Source of the DNA: an uncultured Candidatus Saccharibacteria bacterium
Lineage (GTDB): Bacteria; Patescibacteriota; Minisyncoccia; UBA6257; 1-14-0-10-44-23
NCBI GenBank assembly: GCA_964549935.1
Contig: CAZJVT010000005.1
Span: forward strand, 1 to 56,306
Length of the DNA: 56,306 bases
Reading direction: 5' to 3'
The notes under the pieces are model-generated. The model did no database searches, had not been told where the DNA came from, and saw nothing but the letters and a program-made list of their open reading frames with translations. The position numbers and the translations under genes are program-made. This document shows positions 28,118-37,475 of this stretch, piece after piece. Numbering within the stretch: position 1 is the stretch's first letter; each line of letters starts with the position of its first letter.

Positions 28118-28777
28118 CTAATCCCCGACGGCAACTACAAATTCTTCGTAAGCTTTTTTCGGATCTGCGGCGTTAAAGATATATGCACCTGCAGCAACCT
28201 GCGAAGCACCGGCCTCGCGGCAGCGTCTGGCAATCTCCGGCGTGATGCCACCGTCAACGGCGATTGGCATGAGCGGCTTTGCGGCTTTAATGGTCTTGAT
28301 GTGTTCGAGCGAACTCTCCTGAAACTGCTGGCCGGAAAGCCCGGGGTTAACTGCAAGCACTAAGCAACCATCAAAAAAGGCCAAGTCCGCGATCGCCGCC
28401 TCCATATTGGCGCTTGGCGTTAAGCCCAGATACGGCTCCACTCCATGCGCATGGCACTGACTCGCGAGTAAGGCCGCCTCCTCGCGACTCATCGCCTCCT
28501 GATGCAACACTACGCGGCTGATCCCGCTCTTAAGCCAACTTTCGAGCACCGGCTCCGGCTTAGCAACCATAAGGTGCAAAGCAACCCGCAGCTTAGTCTC
28601 TGCAATGAGTCCTGTAAGCTCGGCCGGACTGCTCCAGGTCTTATAACCATTCGTAAACGTTCCGTCGGCGATATCAACGTGTGCAACACCGCCCTCACCG
28701 AGCAGTTCGCGCGCAACCAAAAAGTGCTGCTTAGCTGTTTCAAAATCGGGACAATTGATGACGGGGTTGATGGTCAT
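28118..28777 (-). CDS. rpe: Ribulose-phosphate 3-epimerase
   Basis: HVDIADGTF, HLMV, NPGLSGQQF and VDGGI motifs in Rpe order. Confidence 0.7.
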   Translation of the reverse strand: MTINPVINCPDFETAKQHFLVARELLGEGGVAHVDIADGTFTNGYKTWSSPAELTGLIAETKLRVALHLMVAKPEPVLESWLKSGISRVVLHQEAMSREEAALLASQCHAHGVEPYLGLTPSANMEAAIADLAFFDGCLVLAVNPGLSGQQFQESSLEHIKTIKAAKPLMPIAVDGGITPEIARRCREAGASQVAAGAYIFNAADPKKAYEEFVVAVGD

Positions 28778-29166
28778 AGGTTAAATAATTCGCCTTCTCG
28801 CGGGAATGTTACCTCGCGACGCAGCAACTCGCCCTCAATGAGATTGAACCTTTCCTTCGCGATACTTAGCCCTTCTTTAACATTTTCTATCTGACCCTCT
28901 AGCGCTCTCTTATCTTGAAATGCAAACCATGGTGTTCCAGCGAGCTGACCTTGAAATCTGATAAGTGCCTTTGTCAGTTTATCTTTGTCCTCGAGGTAAT
29001 TGTTATATGAAAGCTTGAGATGATCCTCGGTAAATTTTTGTATCTCATCTTTCTCCTGCCAATTCTTATCAAGATTAAGTTTGGTATCATCAAATGGCAC
29101 TCCGGCAGGTATTTCTGGCCGTTGCTCGTCGGAACCGCCATGATTTGAAGGAAATGCCTCTTGCAT
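28774..29166 (-). CDS. Hypothetical protein inside the pentose-phosphate operon
   Basis: ORF with the start trimmed to MQEAF (29166) to avoid overlap with rpiB. No motif recognised. Confidence 0.4.
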   Translation of the reverse strand: MQEAFPSNHGGSDEQRPEIPAGVPFDDTKLNLDKNWQEKDEIQKFTEDHLKLSYNNYLEDKDKLTKALIRFQGQLAGTPWFAFQDKRALEGQIENVKEGLSIAKERFNLIEGELLRREVTFPREGELFNL

Positions 29167-29170
29167 AAAA

Positions 29171-29653
29171 TTAAAACTTCTTAATCCTGCGTTCATGCCG
29201 CTCTGCGTGCGTAAACTGCGTGGCTAGAAAAATCTTTGCCGCCTGCAGCGCCTCTGCATTGGTTACGAAACGAGCGCCAATAGAAAGAACGTTGGCATCA
29301 TTGTGCTCCCGTTCGAGCTTAATCATTTCAAAAGCGTCACTGCTTGTGTGTCCCTCGGCATCAATCGCTTTTTTAGCCGCCATCGGACCGTAAAAGACTG
29401 CGCAGCGGACATTTTTGTAGCGGTTCGCAACCATCGCCTCGCCCTGACCAGAACCGCCGATAACAATCGCTTTCTCAAAAGGATTACGCGAAACTAACTC
29501 TGCCGCTTTGCCGACAAAGTCAGGATAATCATCAATCGGATCGAGTGCGTGAGCTCCGCAGTCAACCACGCTGGCATACTCTTTTTCGAGTGCCTGTTTA
29601 AGCACTCCCTTGAGTTCGAACCCTGCATGATCAGCTGCGAGATAAATCGTCAT
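29171..29653 (-). CDS. rpiB: Ribose-5-phosphate isomerase B
   Basis: MTIYLAADHAGFELK start and GGSGQGEAMVANR motif. Confidence 0.85.
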   Translation of the reverse strand: MTIYLAADHAGFELKGVLKQALEKEYASVVDCGAHALDPIDDYPDFVGKAAELVSRNPFEKAIVIGGSGQGEAMVANRYKNVRCAVFYGPMAAKKAIDAEGHTSSDAFEMIKLEREHNDANVLSIGARFVTNAEALQAAKIFLATQFTHAERHERRIKKF

Positions 29654-29654
29654 A

Positions 29655-29909
29655 CTATTTCATTTTTGTGCCAACTCGTTTCTTTTCAATCAAAAATCCG
29701 ACTATAGCTATGATGACAGACGGGATTATTAACGCTAAGCCAGCCGTATAATAGATCAGAACGATTACGCCGCCAAAAGATTCGCCCGAAGCAGTAGTTA
29801 GGATAGTTTCGATCCCGGTATCGCCGGGCCAAAGAGAAAGCACGTATACAAACAAAATTATCACTGTGCTAACTAGTCCGATGAGTAACCATTTCAATGC
29901 GAGTTTCAT
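29655..29909 (-). CDS. Small two-helix membrane protein
   Basis: 84 aa with two hydrophobic helices and a basic tail. Confidence 0.45.
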   Translation of the reverse strand: MKLALKWLLIGLVSTVIILFVYVLSLWPGDTGIETILTTASGESFGGVIVLIYYTAGLALIIPSVIIAIVGFLIEKKRVGTKMK

Positions 29910-29913
29910 ACTT

Positions 29914-30945
29914 TTATTTTACTGCTAATACGTGTTGCACGAGCGTCGTAACGTATCCCCATTCGTTGTCGTACCAGGCCAAAACTTTGACCAGGTCGCC
30001 GTCAATGACTTTTGTGTATTCTAAATCGACAACTGAAGCAAACGGCGTGCCAATCATATCGCCGGAGACCGGCTGGTCATTGTTAACACCCAGAATTCCC
30101 TTCCAGCGAGCGCTGGCGGCCGCTTTTTTAAAGATCTCGTTAACCTCCTCAACGGTTGTTTTGCGTTTAGCTACAAAGGTTAAGTCGGTCAGCGAGCCGG
30201 TAACTACCGGCACGCGGATGGCGATGCCATCAAACTTGCCTTTGAGATCAGAAACGGCGCGTGTAACAGAAACGGCGGCCCCAGTCGTCGACGGGACGAT
30301 GTTTTGTGCGGCAGCGCGACCGCGACGGAAGTCCTTACCTTTGGCCGGCGAGTCGGTGAGCGACTGGGTAGCGGTGTAGGCGTGTACTGTCGAAAGCGCC
30401 GCCTTTAAAATGCCAATCTCCTCGTGCATAACTTGTACAACCGGTGCAGTAGCGTTAGTTGTGCAGGAGCCGTTGCTAGAAACGTTGCAGGTCTTAAGTA
30501 CGTCATCATTAATACCCATCAAGATAGTCCGCCCACCTGCCGTACCCTCGTCATCTTTTGCTGGAGCACTAATGACGACGTGTTTGGCGCCCGCAGCGGT
30601 TACGTGTACACTCGCCTTCTCAAATGACTCAAAAAATCCGGTACACTCGACGACGACGTCGACGCCCATATCCTTCCACGGCAGTTTACCTGGCTCTTTT
30701 TCCTGCAAAACTTTAATCTTTTTACCATCAACGATGATGTTACCGCCAACACCCGAGGCGTCCTTATCAAACCCAATCTCGTGTCCGGCGTAACCGCGGT
30801 AGACCGTATCGTGTCGAAGCAGATAGGCAAGGTTCTCAATGTCACCGAGGTCGTTAATAGCGACTATTTCAATATTCGAATTGCCAAATGCCTGCCGGAA
30901 AAAGAGACGACCAATGCGGCCAAACCCGTTGATAGCTACTTTCAT
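29914..30945 (-). CDS. gap: Glyceraldehyde-3-phosphate dehydrogenase
   Basis: MKVAINGFGRIGR and SCTTN active site. An alternative upstream ATG lies at 30966. Confidence 0.9.
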   Translation of the reverse strand: MKVAINGFGRIGRLFFRQAFGNSNIEIVAINDLGDIENLAYLLRHDTVYRGYAGHEIGFDKDASGVGGNIIVDGKKIKVLQEKEPGKLPWKDMGVDVVVECTGFFESFEKASVHVTAAGAKHVVISAPAKDDEGTAGGRTILMGINDDVLKTCNVSSNGSCTTNATAPVVQVMHEEIGILKAALSTVHAYTATQSLTDSPAKGKDFRRGRAAAQNIVPSTTGAAVSVTRAVSDLKGKFDGIAIRVPVVTGSLTDLTFVAKRKTTVEEVNEIFKKAAASARWKGILGVNNDQPVSGDMIGTPFASVVDLEYTKVIDGDLVKVLAWYDNEWGYVTTLVQHVLAVK

Positions 30946-31021
30946 TTTTTTAGAACCAAAAAACATACGTTACTAATGATGTTACGTATAGTATACCCTA
31001 GCGCGAGCGAGAGAAAAATGC

Positions 31022-31471
31022 CTAGCGAAGAACCTCTACCGCGTCGCCGGCTTTGATCCCCTCATTCGCAACTGTCCCCGCCGGCACCTCCAGGACCATG
31101 TCCGCCGGACCATTGGACGTAAATGTTGGTACGCTGCTTGTCGGTATCGGTGCGCGTTCTACGAAACCAATAACTTTGCCTTCTTTTATCCAGATGATGT
31201 CGATAGGGAAATTCATATCCTTCATCCAAAAATTCTGCGTTGAAGCGGTTTTAAAAATGAAAAGCATCCCGTGACCGGCTTCGAGCGACTCGCGGCCCGA
31301 AAGCCCTTGGGCCTGTTTAAACAAAGTATCAGCGAGCTCGACGACAAACTCATGCGCGCCGACGCGCACCTTCACCTCTCCGGCAACGGCCTTATTGCTC
31401 ACCTTCACCCAAATCGTCACCAGCGCCGCAATAACGAGCACGACCAGCGCAATCTCAAGTCTTTTGTCCAT
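31022..31471 (-). CDS. DUF192-family protein with signal anchor
   Basis: GLSGRESL..GMLFIF..FWMKDMNFPIDIIWI pattern. Confidence 0.6.
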   Translation of the reverse strand: MDKRLEIALVVLVIAALVTIWVKVSNKAVAGEVKVRVGAHEFVVELADTLFKQAQGLSGRESLEAGHGMLFIFKTASTQNFWMKDMNFPIDIIWIKEGKVIGFVERAPIPTSSVPTFTSNGPADMVLEVPAGTVANEGIKAGDAVEVLR

Positions 31472-31482
31472 AAATAATTAAA

Positions 31483-31956
31483 TTATCGGTCGCGGAGCGC
31501 AAAGGCGGCAATGCCAAAGGCGACGCTAACATTAAGTGACTCCTTCGCCCCCTGCATAGGGATTTCTAAAATGGTATCACACTTCGCGAGTAATGCCGGC
31601 GGCAGACCGGTGACCTCGGCACCGAGGACGAGTGCGGTCTTGTTAAGCGTAGAACGTGTAACGTGTAACGTAGAATACGGGACCGAACGCGGAGATTGTT
31701 CAAGGGCGATAATTTTGAACCCGTCCTTCTTGAGTTTGTAGATTAAACGGCTGGTGCTGGCGGCTTTTTCCCACGGCACAGTCGTTTCAGCTCCCAAGGC
31801 TACTTTAGCCAGCTGCTGCGGCACCTCCCCGAACCTATCCTTCGGCGCAGGCGTAATACCGCATAGATACAGCTTTTTTGCCCCAACGCCATCAGCGGTG
31901 CGAAAGATAGAACCTACGTTATAAAGACTGCGGATGTTATGCAAAAGTACTACCAT
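31483..31956 (-). CDS. SpoU/TrmH-family RNA 2'-O-methyltransferase
   Basis: 157 aa with N(I/V)GSIFRT and LGAE..G motifs and a C-terminal knot region ESLNVSVA. Contains the in-frame heptamer repeat. Confidence 0.7.
   Translation of the reverse strand: MVVLLHNIRSLYNVGSIFRTADGVGAKKLYLCGITPAPKDRFGEVPQQLAKVALGAETTVPWEKAASTSRLIYKLKKDGFKIIALEQSPRSVPYSTLHVTRSTLNKTALVLGAEVTGLPPALLAKCDTILEIPMQGAKESLNVSVAFGIAAFALRDR
31648..31676 (-). repeat. In-frame heptamer repeat inside the methyltransferase gene
   Basis: On the coding strand it reads acgttacacgttacacgttctacg and encodes TLHVTRST. This is the same 24-mer in the same frame as in ybeY. Confidence 0.9.
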
Positions 31957-31960
31957 GCTG

Positions 31961-32031
31961 TGCCCCCAGAAGGAATCGAACCTTCATCTGCGGATTAAGA
32001 GTCCGTAGCTTTACCACTAAGCTATAGGGGC
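31961..32031 (-). tRNA. tRNA-Lys (anticodon CTT)
   Basis: Reverse complement folds as a cloverleaf: acceptor GCCCCTA/TGGGGGC, anticodon loop CTCTTAA, T-arm GAAGGTTCGATTCCTTC. No encoded CCA. Confidence 0.85.
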
Positions 32032-32154
32032 TTCTTTTGAGTTTTGATAATACTTCATTTGTAGAGTTTTGAAAAGGGGCGCCTCGTGAGCCTTGTGAAG
32101 AAGACCTTATTCTGCTACCCTAGAACTCAATCAGGGGTGCGTCCTTAATGCTGC

Positions 32155-34374
32155 ATGTTAAACAACATCATCAACCTGGAAACCAAACTCGCGATGGTTC
32201 AAGGCATTCCGCCAAAGAGCCTCGCGCATCTTAAGAAATTAGGTATCGAAAGCGTCCGCGCCCTCCTCTGGCACTTCCCGACTCGTTACGAGGACTACTC
32301 AAAAATTACGAAAATTGCCGATTTACAAGTCGGACAGACTGTTACAATTCGCGGCGAGATTCGCACGGTCAATGTTAAGCGCGCCTGGAAATCGTATATG
32401 CCGATTGTCGAGGCGACGGTTACCGACGAAACCGGCGGCATCACGCTCGTTTGGTTCAACCAGCCGTTTATGGCCAAGGCGCTCCACCAAGGGCAGCAGG
32501 CCAACTTTGCGGGTAAAGTATTCAGCAACAAAACCGGCACGCATATCGCCAACGCGAGCTACGAAGTGTTGCGCGGCACCACCGTCGGAACCCACACCGC
32601 CGGCTTAATCCCCGTCTACCCCGAGACCCGCGGCCTGACTTCAAAAGGCATTCGCTTTATCATCAAGCAGTTCTTAGACATCATCCCGAAGGCTGACGAT
32701 TTTATCCCCGAGGAGATTTTAAAAAAGCACGATCTGCCAAGCCTCGACTACGCGCTGCGCCACATTCACTTCCCGCACACTGCCGATCAAGTCCAGCGCG
32801 CCAAAACTCGTTTTGCCTTTGAGTATGTTTTTTTGCTGCAACTCCACACGATGCGACTGCGCCAGGAACTTTTGCAGGAACAGGCGCCGGCAATCATTTT
32901 AAACAAAGCCCGCCTCGAGGCGCTACACAAGCAGCTGCCGTTTACCTTAACCGAGACCCAGCAGACTAGTCTCGATGAGGTGCTTGCGGATATGGCCAAG
33001 CCGACGCCGATGAATCGCCTCCTGCAAGGTGACGTTGGTAGTGGTAAGACCGCCGTCGCAGCACTTGCAGCGCTCGCAGCCGCCCAGTGCGGTTACCAGG
33101 CAATTTTTATGGCACCAACCGAGGTGCTCGCTCGCCAACACTACCACTCAATCACGACTACGTTTAAATCTTTTGAAGGCGGCGTCGCTCTGCTTATCGG
33201 CAGCGAGGCGCGTATTCATCACGAGCAAAATTTAGAAGAGGCGGTCAGTAAGGCCAAGTTAATTAAAATGATTGAAGACGGTTCAGTCTCAATCATCATC
33301 GGTACACACGCTTTAATCGCCAGCGAGTCCGGCAAGAGCGCCAAAAAAGCTTTGAAAATCAAATTCGCTAAACCGGGACTGGTCATCGTCGACGAGCAAC
33401 ACCGCTTTGGCGTCAATCAGCGCGCGATGCTCACGGGTCAAAAAGAATCTACGACCTCTAAATCCAAAACGCCGAAGCACAACTCCGTCCTCCCGCACTT
33501 CCTCTCGATGAGCGCCACGCCTATTCCCCGCACGCTCTCACTCGCTATTTTTGGCGACCTGGATGTCTCGACAATAAACGAACTCCCGAAGGGCCGCAAA
33601 GCCATCATTACCAAAATTGTCGACCCGACCAACCGTCCCAAGGCTTACGGCTTTATTAAACAGCAGGTAGAAGCCGGCCGGCAGGTCTTCTTTATCTACC
33701 CGCGCATCGAAGAGGCCCCGACGACCGAGCAGCCGACCCTGACGCAGGAACTGATGACCAAAGCCAAGACCAGCATCTTTTCAAATGAAGCCAAGGCGGT
33801 TAAGGCGGAGTACGAGCGCCTTTCCAAAACTGTTTTCCCAACTCTGCGCGTCGCGATGCTGCACGGCAAGATGAAAGCGACAGAAAAAGCTAAAGTGATG
33901 GCCGACTTTAAGGCCGGCAAAACCAATATTTTAGTTTCCACCTCGGTTATCGAGGTCGGCGTCGATGTGCCAAACGCCACGATTATGGTCATCGAGGGCG
34001 CGGACCGCTTCGGCCTCGCGCAACTTTACCAATTCCGTGGCCGCGTCGGGCGTGGCGAGCATCAATCGTTCTGCTTCCTTTTGACCGACTCAACCGCCGA
34101 TACAACGACCGCCAGACTTAACGCCCTCCTTGAAGCGCGTAACGGTTTCGAGCTAGCCGAAAAAGATTTAGAGCTTCGCGGACCGGGCCAGTTCCTCGGC
34201 GACAAGCAAACCGGTATGCCGGACGTCGCGATGGATTCACTTTCTGACGTCCGCCTAGTAAAAGCCGCCCGCGACAGCGCGCAGGAACTCCTGGCCGCTG
34301 ATTCAAGCCTGACCGCTCACCCGCTCCTTCGAACGAAGCTAGACGAAATCCGCAAAAAAGTGCATCTTGAATAG
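32155..34374 (+). CDS. recG: ATP-dependent DNA helicase RecG
   Basis: N-terminal OB wedge, GDVGSGKT Walker A, DEQHRFG, and helicase C motifs (QLYQFRGRVGRG). Confidence 0.9.
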   Translation: MLNNIINLETKLAMVQGIPPKSLAHLKKLGIESVRALLWHFPTRYEDYSKITKIADLQVGQTVTIRGEIRTVNVKRAWKSYMPIVEATVTDETGGITLVWFNQPFMAKALHQGQQANFAGKVFSNKTGTHIANASYEVLRGTTVGTHTAGLIPVYPETRGLTSKGIRFIIKQFLDIIPKADDFIPEEILKKHDLPSLDYALRHIHFPHTADQVQRAKTRFAFEYVFLLQLHTMRLRQELLQEQAPAIILNKARLEALHKQLPFTLTETQQTSLDEVLADMAKPTPMNRLLQGDVGSGKTAVAALAALAAAQCGYQAIFMAPTEVLARQHYHSITTTFKSFEGGVALLIGSEARIHHEQNLEEAVSKAKLIKMIEDGSVSIIIGTHALIASESGKSAKKALKIKFAKPGLVIVDEQHRFGVNQRAMLTGQKESTTSKSKTPKHNSVLPHFLSMSATPIPRTLSLAIFGDLDVSTINELPKGRKAIITKIVDPTNRPKAYGFIKQQVEAGRQVFFIYPRIEEAPTTEQPTLTQELMTKAKTSIFSNEAKAVKAEYERLSKTVFPTLRVAMLHGKMKATEKAKVMADFKAGKTNILVSTSVIEVGVDVPNATIMVIEGADRFGLAQLYQFRGRVGRGEHQSFCFLLTDSTADTTTARLNALLEARNGFELAEKDLELRGPGQFLGDKQTGMPDVAMDSLSDVRLVKAARDSAQELLAADSSLTAHPLLRTKLDEIRKKVHLE

Positions 34375-34914
34375 ATGAGTGAACCAAAAATTGAAAAGAT
34401 AGAGGCCGCGATAGAAGCCGAAAAAGAAAAAAGCGATCTTCTCTCGCCTACGGACGCGGAGTTTAAGTTTCTCGACGAAACTAAGCGCGAAGAAATCTTA
34501 GAGCGACATCCCGGCATGACGCTGCAGGAAATCCATCAGCGCCTCGGCCAGGAGCTTTTTGAGCAGCGCTATGGTCCACTGCGCGAATTCCTCGGAGAGG
34601 AAAAATCTTTCTATGATCGCAAAAAGCTTGTTTCAAAGGTAAATATTTTGAGCGCTCTACTACGAAAAAGGCTTGAGGAAAAATTTAAGAACCAGGGCGA
34701 AGAGTTGGCGAACGAAGAGGACACGATAGAAGGCTACGAAAGAAGTGGCCACTTTATGAAACCTGCGCTGCGCAAACAAAAGCTCCTTGAGCTCGAACAC
34801 GTCATAATGCAAAGCAAGCCTGATCAAGCTGCTGAAAATGAATATCCCTTGTACCTCAAGCTACTCGAATTTATCGCCCTCTCACGAGTAGAGGGTGATC
34901 AGGACGTCGATTAA
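34375..34914 (+). CDS. Hypothetical acidic protein
   Basis: 179-aa ORF that starts right after the recG stop (TAGATG). No recognised motif. Confidence 0.4.
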   Translation: MSEPKIEKIEAAIEAEKEKSDLLSPTDAEFKFLDETKREEILERHPGMTLQEIHQRLGQELFEQRYGPLREFLGEEKSFYDRKKLVSKVNILSALLRKRLEEKFKNQGEELANEEDTIEGYERSGHFMKPALRKQKLLELEHVIMQSKPDQAAENEYPLYLKLLEFIALSRVEGDQDVD

Positions 34915-34915
34915 C

Positions 34916-35320
34916 CTACAGAATAGCCCACGAACCGCTGCCAAGCGTTGCCAGCAGCAGTAAAGCCGCTATCAAAAGCAGATCAAACTCCCAGCCAGTC
35001 GCCTGCATAGAGGTAAACGGTGCCTTTTTCGAAATTTTGAAGAAAAGAGCGACGATCATATTGACGACGAGGACCAGCGCAGCGATAGGAGCGTAAAACC
35101 CAACGGCGATACAAATACCTCCGACCGCCTCGGCCACCGAAACGACAGCTGCCCACAACCAACCCGGCTTAAAGCCCGAACTCCCGAGCCAGGCGGCCGT
35201 ACCCTTGAAATTCTTAAGCTTGGGCACCCCGTGGACGACAAAAATGACACCGAGAACGATACGAAGTAATACAATAGCCCATTCAGACTGCGCGATGAGT
35301 GCGTTTAAAATGTTTGTCAT
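34916..35320 (-). CDS. DoxX-family membrane protein
   Basis: 134 aa with 4 helices and a LLRIVLGVIFVVHG start typical of DoxX. Confidence 0.6.
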   Translation of the reverse strand: MTNILNALIAQSEWAIVLLRIVLGVIFVVHGVPKLKNFKGTAAWLGSSGFKPGWLWAAVVSVAEAVGGICIAVGFYAPIAALVLVVNMIVALFFKISKKAPFTSMQATGWEFDLLLIAALLLLATLGSGSWAIL

Positions 35321-35386
35321 GAATTGTGTTTATCTGTTGCCAGTATAGCAAAAAAAGTGTATTTTATGTAGACTCTGTTTGTAGCT

Positions 35387-35458
35387 GCTCCTATCGTCTA
35401 ATGGTTAGGACGTCACCCTTTCACGGTGTAAATCCGGGTTCGATTCCCGGTGGGAGCG
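35387..35458 (+). tRNA. tRNA-Glu (anticodon TTC)
   Basis: Acceptor GCTCCTA/TGGGAGC, D-arm GTCTAATGGTTAGGAC, anticodon loop CTTTCAC, T-arm CCGGGTTCGATTCCCGG. Confidence 0.85.
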
Positions 35459-35468
35459 CACTGATTTT

Positions 35469-35894
35469 ATGAATATACTAACTATCAAATTGCGGAAAGA
35501 AGCCGGGTTGCCTCTTTTTGAATTCTTAATTGATGGGAAATCCTTAGAAACTATTATCACTGAAATAGAAAAGAAAAAGTTTAGTGATGATCCTGCCGCG
35601 GGTAAAAAAGCTTCTTACCAGCCAATCTCTGATCTTTACGAGAACAAGGAAAATTATTTTTTACGCTCAACAAAATTCGGTGATTTCCTCAATCAAGAAA
35701 AAGGCGCAGCCTTGCTATTGGTATGTGGCGGCTGCAGTGAATGGGGTTGCTGGAATGTATTTTGCACAATAGAGTTCTCTGATGACAAGGTAATTTGGAA
35801 AGATTTCGGAAATGGGCATCGAAACTGGCAATATGGTTTGCGTTTTGAATTCGACAAAAAAGCCTATTTAGAAGAGTTTGCTAAGCTTATATAA
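35469..35894 (+). CDS. Hypothetical protein (lower-GC block next to tRNA-Glu)
   Basis: 141-aa ORF starting 10 nt after the tRNA. Contains CGGCSEWGC. No family recognised. Confidence 0.4.
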   Translation: MNILTIKLRKEAGLPLFEFLIDGKSLETIITEIEKKKFSDDPAAGKKASYQPISDLYENKENYFLRSTKFGDFLNQEKGAALLLVCGGCSEWGCWNVFCTIEFSDDKVIWKDFGNGHRNWQYGLRFEFDKKAYLEEFAKLI

Positions 35895-35928
35895 GTTCCA
35901 ACATCGTCCCACAGGGAGCGCCAACGAT

Positions 35929-36843
35929 ATGAAATTTGAACAACCAGGAGATCCAAACAAAGGAGACGCGAAAAAGTTTGAAATGGGCCCCCTTCAATTT
36001 GCTGACGATTTTGAAGGACCCGAATTGAATTCATTTTGGGGTGTTTCAGGTCCTGAGCATAGATATGTTTTCACAAAGGAGCCAACGACCGACCAGCAAT
36101 CATTGCAGATTTCAGTGGCTCCTGGTGATTGCAAGGAAGGTAGAGTGAGAAGTCGTAAAGCGGCAAATAAGAGAGATGAAGCCGTAATGTCTGGTGACCC
36201 TGAGGCTGGGTCATACATCCCGCACGGCGCAGAACGAGAAGACACTTACATGCGTGGCAAAGCAAATTGGCTTACCGAACGTTTTGAAATAAAAGAAAAA
36301 CCAGAAAATTTTGTTAAGCCGGGGGTTGAGGTATGGTACGGGGTTTCATTTTTTGTACCTCAAGATTTCGTTATCGGAAAAAACCGCTTGGTGATCGCTC
36401 AATGGCGGGAAGAAGGTACTCACGATAAAAGTCCTGCTATGGCATTTCGTTATATAGACGGCAAGCTTCTTTTTACGATCAGCACTATAGATTTAATAGA
36501 TATAGCGGCTGGCGAAGATATAACGCTTCGTGGTTTGAAATTCGATGGTCCGGAGCTAGAGAAAGGGAAATGGTACCGGCTGAGTCTCCAGTACAAATTA
36601 GGCCGGGCAAAACCTATTACCGTGCGACATCGGATGCAGGCTACCCTTGAATGCAATGCATTTGTAAATGGAAAAAAGCTTGCAACCTATCGCGGCCCAA
36701 TAGATACAATTTCTGACGGTGGACACGGCGCAGCTCCGCAGCTCCGCTTTAGAATGGGCCTTTATCGAAATCAGGTTCCTCGCACCGATTCACTTTACTT
36801 CGCTAAATTCCGCCGAGGCGATTCAAAAGAGTTCTGCGAGTAG
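35929..36843 (+). CDS. Hypothetical protein, possibly a jelly-roll/polysaccharide-lyase-like fold
   Basis: ATG at 35929 preceded by GGGAG. The C-terminal LRFRMGLYRN pattern is reminiscent of the Polysacc_lyase family, which is weak evidence. Confidence 0.35.
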   Translation: MKFEQPGDPNKGDAKKFEMGPLQFADDFEGPELNSFWGVSGPEHRYVFTKEPTTDQQSLQISVAPGDCKEGRVRSRKAANKRDEAVMSGDPEAGSYIPHGAEREDTYMRGKANWLTERFEIKEKPENFVKPGVEVWYGVSFFVPQDFVIGKNRLVIAQWREEGTHDKSPAMAFRYIDGKLLFTISTIDLIDIAAGEDITLRGLKFDGPELEKGKWYRLSLQYKLGRAKPITVRHRMQATLECNAFVNGKKLATYRGPIDTISDGGHGAAPQLRFRMGLYRNQVPRTDSLYFAKFRRGDSKEFCE

Positions 36844-36869
36844 CAAAATTCGGGTGTTACACTAAAGTA

Positions 36870-37358
36870 ATGCGGGAACCGAAACCCTTCACCCTCTTCG
36901 GGCGATCATCGTCGCTTTTGATGCTTATTTTTTATAAGCTGCTTTTGGCTGTTATCGAGATGCTCGCAGGCGCCCTCTGCTTAATCGCCGCCTTTTTTGC
37001 CGAACATCCCAACCTGGCCGTCGTTATCGAAAAAACGGCGACCCAGAGCAACCTCGACCGCTTTGTAAACTGGCTCGTGCAGGAGCTGATGCGCTTTAAA
37101 GCCGATCACGAAATCATTACCCATGTTGGGCTACTCCTCATCGCCTTCGGTCTCTTTAACATCCTGCTGGCTATCGGGGTCTGGTTTAAGTCGCGCAAGA
37201 TGCGCACGATCGCACTCGTCGTCTTCGGCGGACTCTCGCTCTACAGTATCATCACGCTCATTCAGTCATTTAACGTTCTCGACCTCGTCTCGCTCATCCT
37301 CGACCTCATCGTCCTGTACTACTTCTGGCGAATCCTGCCGCGGCACCTGGAAGAGTAG
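36870..37358 (+). CDS. DUF2127-like four-helix membrane protein
   Basis: 162 aa with 4 hydrophobic helices. Confidence 0.45.
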   Translation: MREPKPFTLFGRSSSLLMLIFYKLLLAVIEMLAGALCLIAAFFAEHPNLAVVIEKTATQSNLDRFVNWLVQELMRFKADHEIITHVGLLLIAFGLFNILLAIGVWFKSRKMRTIALVVFGGLSLYSIITLIQSFNVLDLVSLILDLIVLYYFWRILPRHLEE

Positions 37359-37406
37359 AGGTATTAGAGGTCCTAGGTAAACTTAGAGGGACTAGAAGAT
37401 TGAAAC

Positions 37407-37439
37407 AGCGCGGCCGTCGGAATTACCGGCGGCCGCGCT
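37407..37439. terminator. Bidirectional G+C-rich hairpin between convergent genes
   Basis: agcgcggccgtcgg-aatta-ccggcggccgcgct (14-bp stem, one mismatch). Confidence 0.55.
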
Positions 37440-37475
37440 TTCTTACTTTCGTATTCAGTTCGTATTTCGTAGCGA

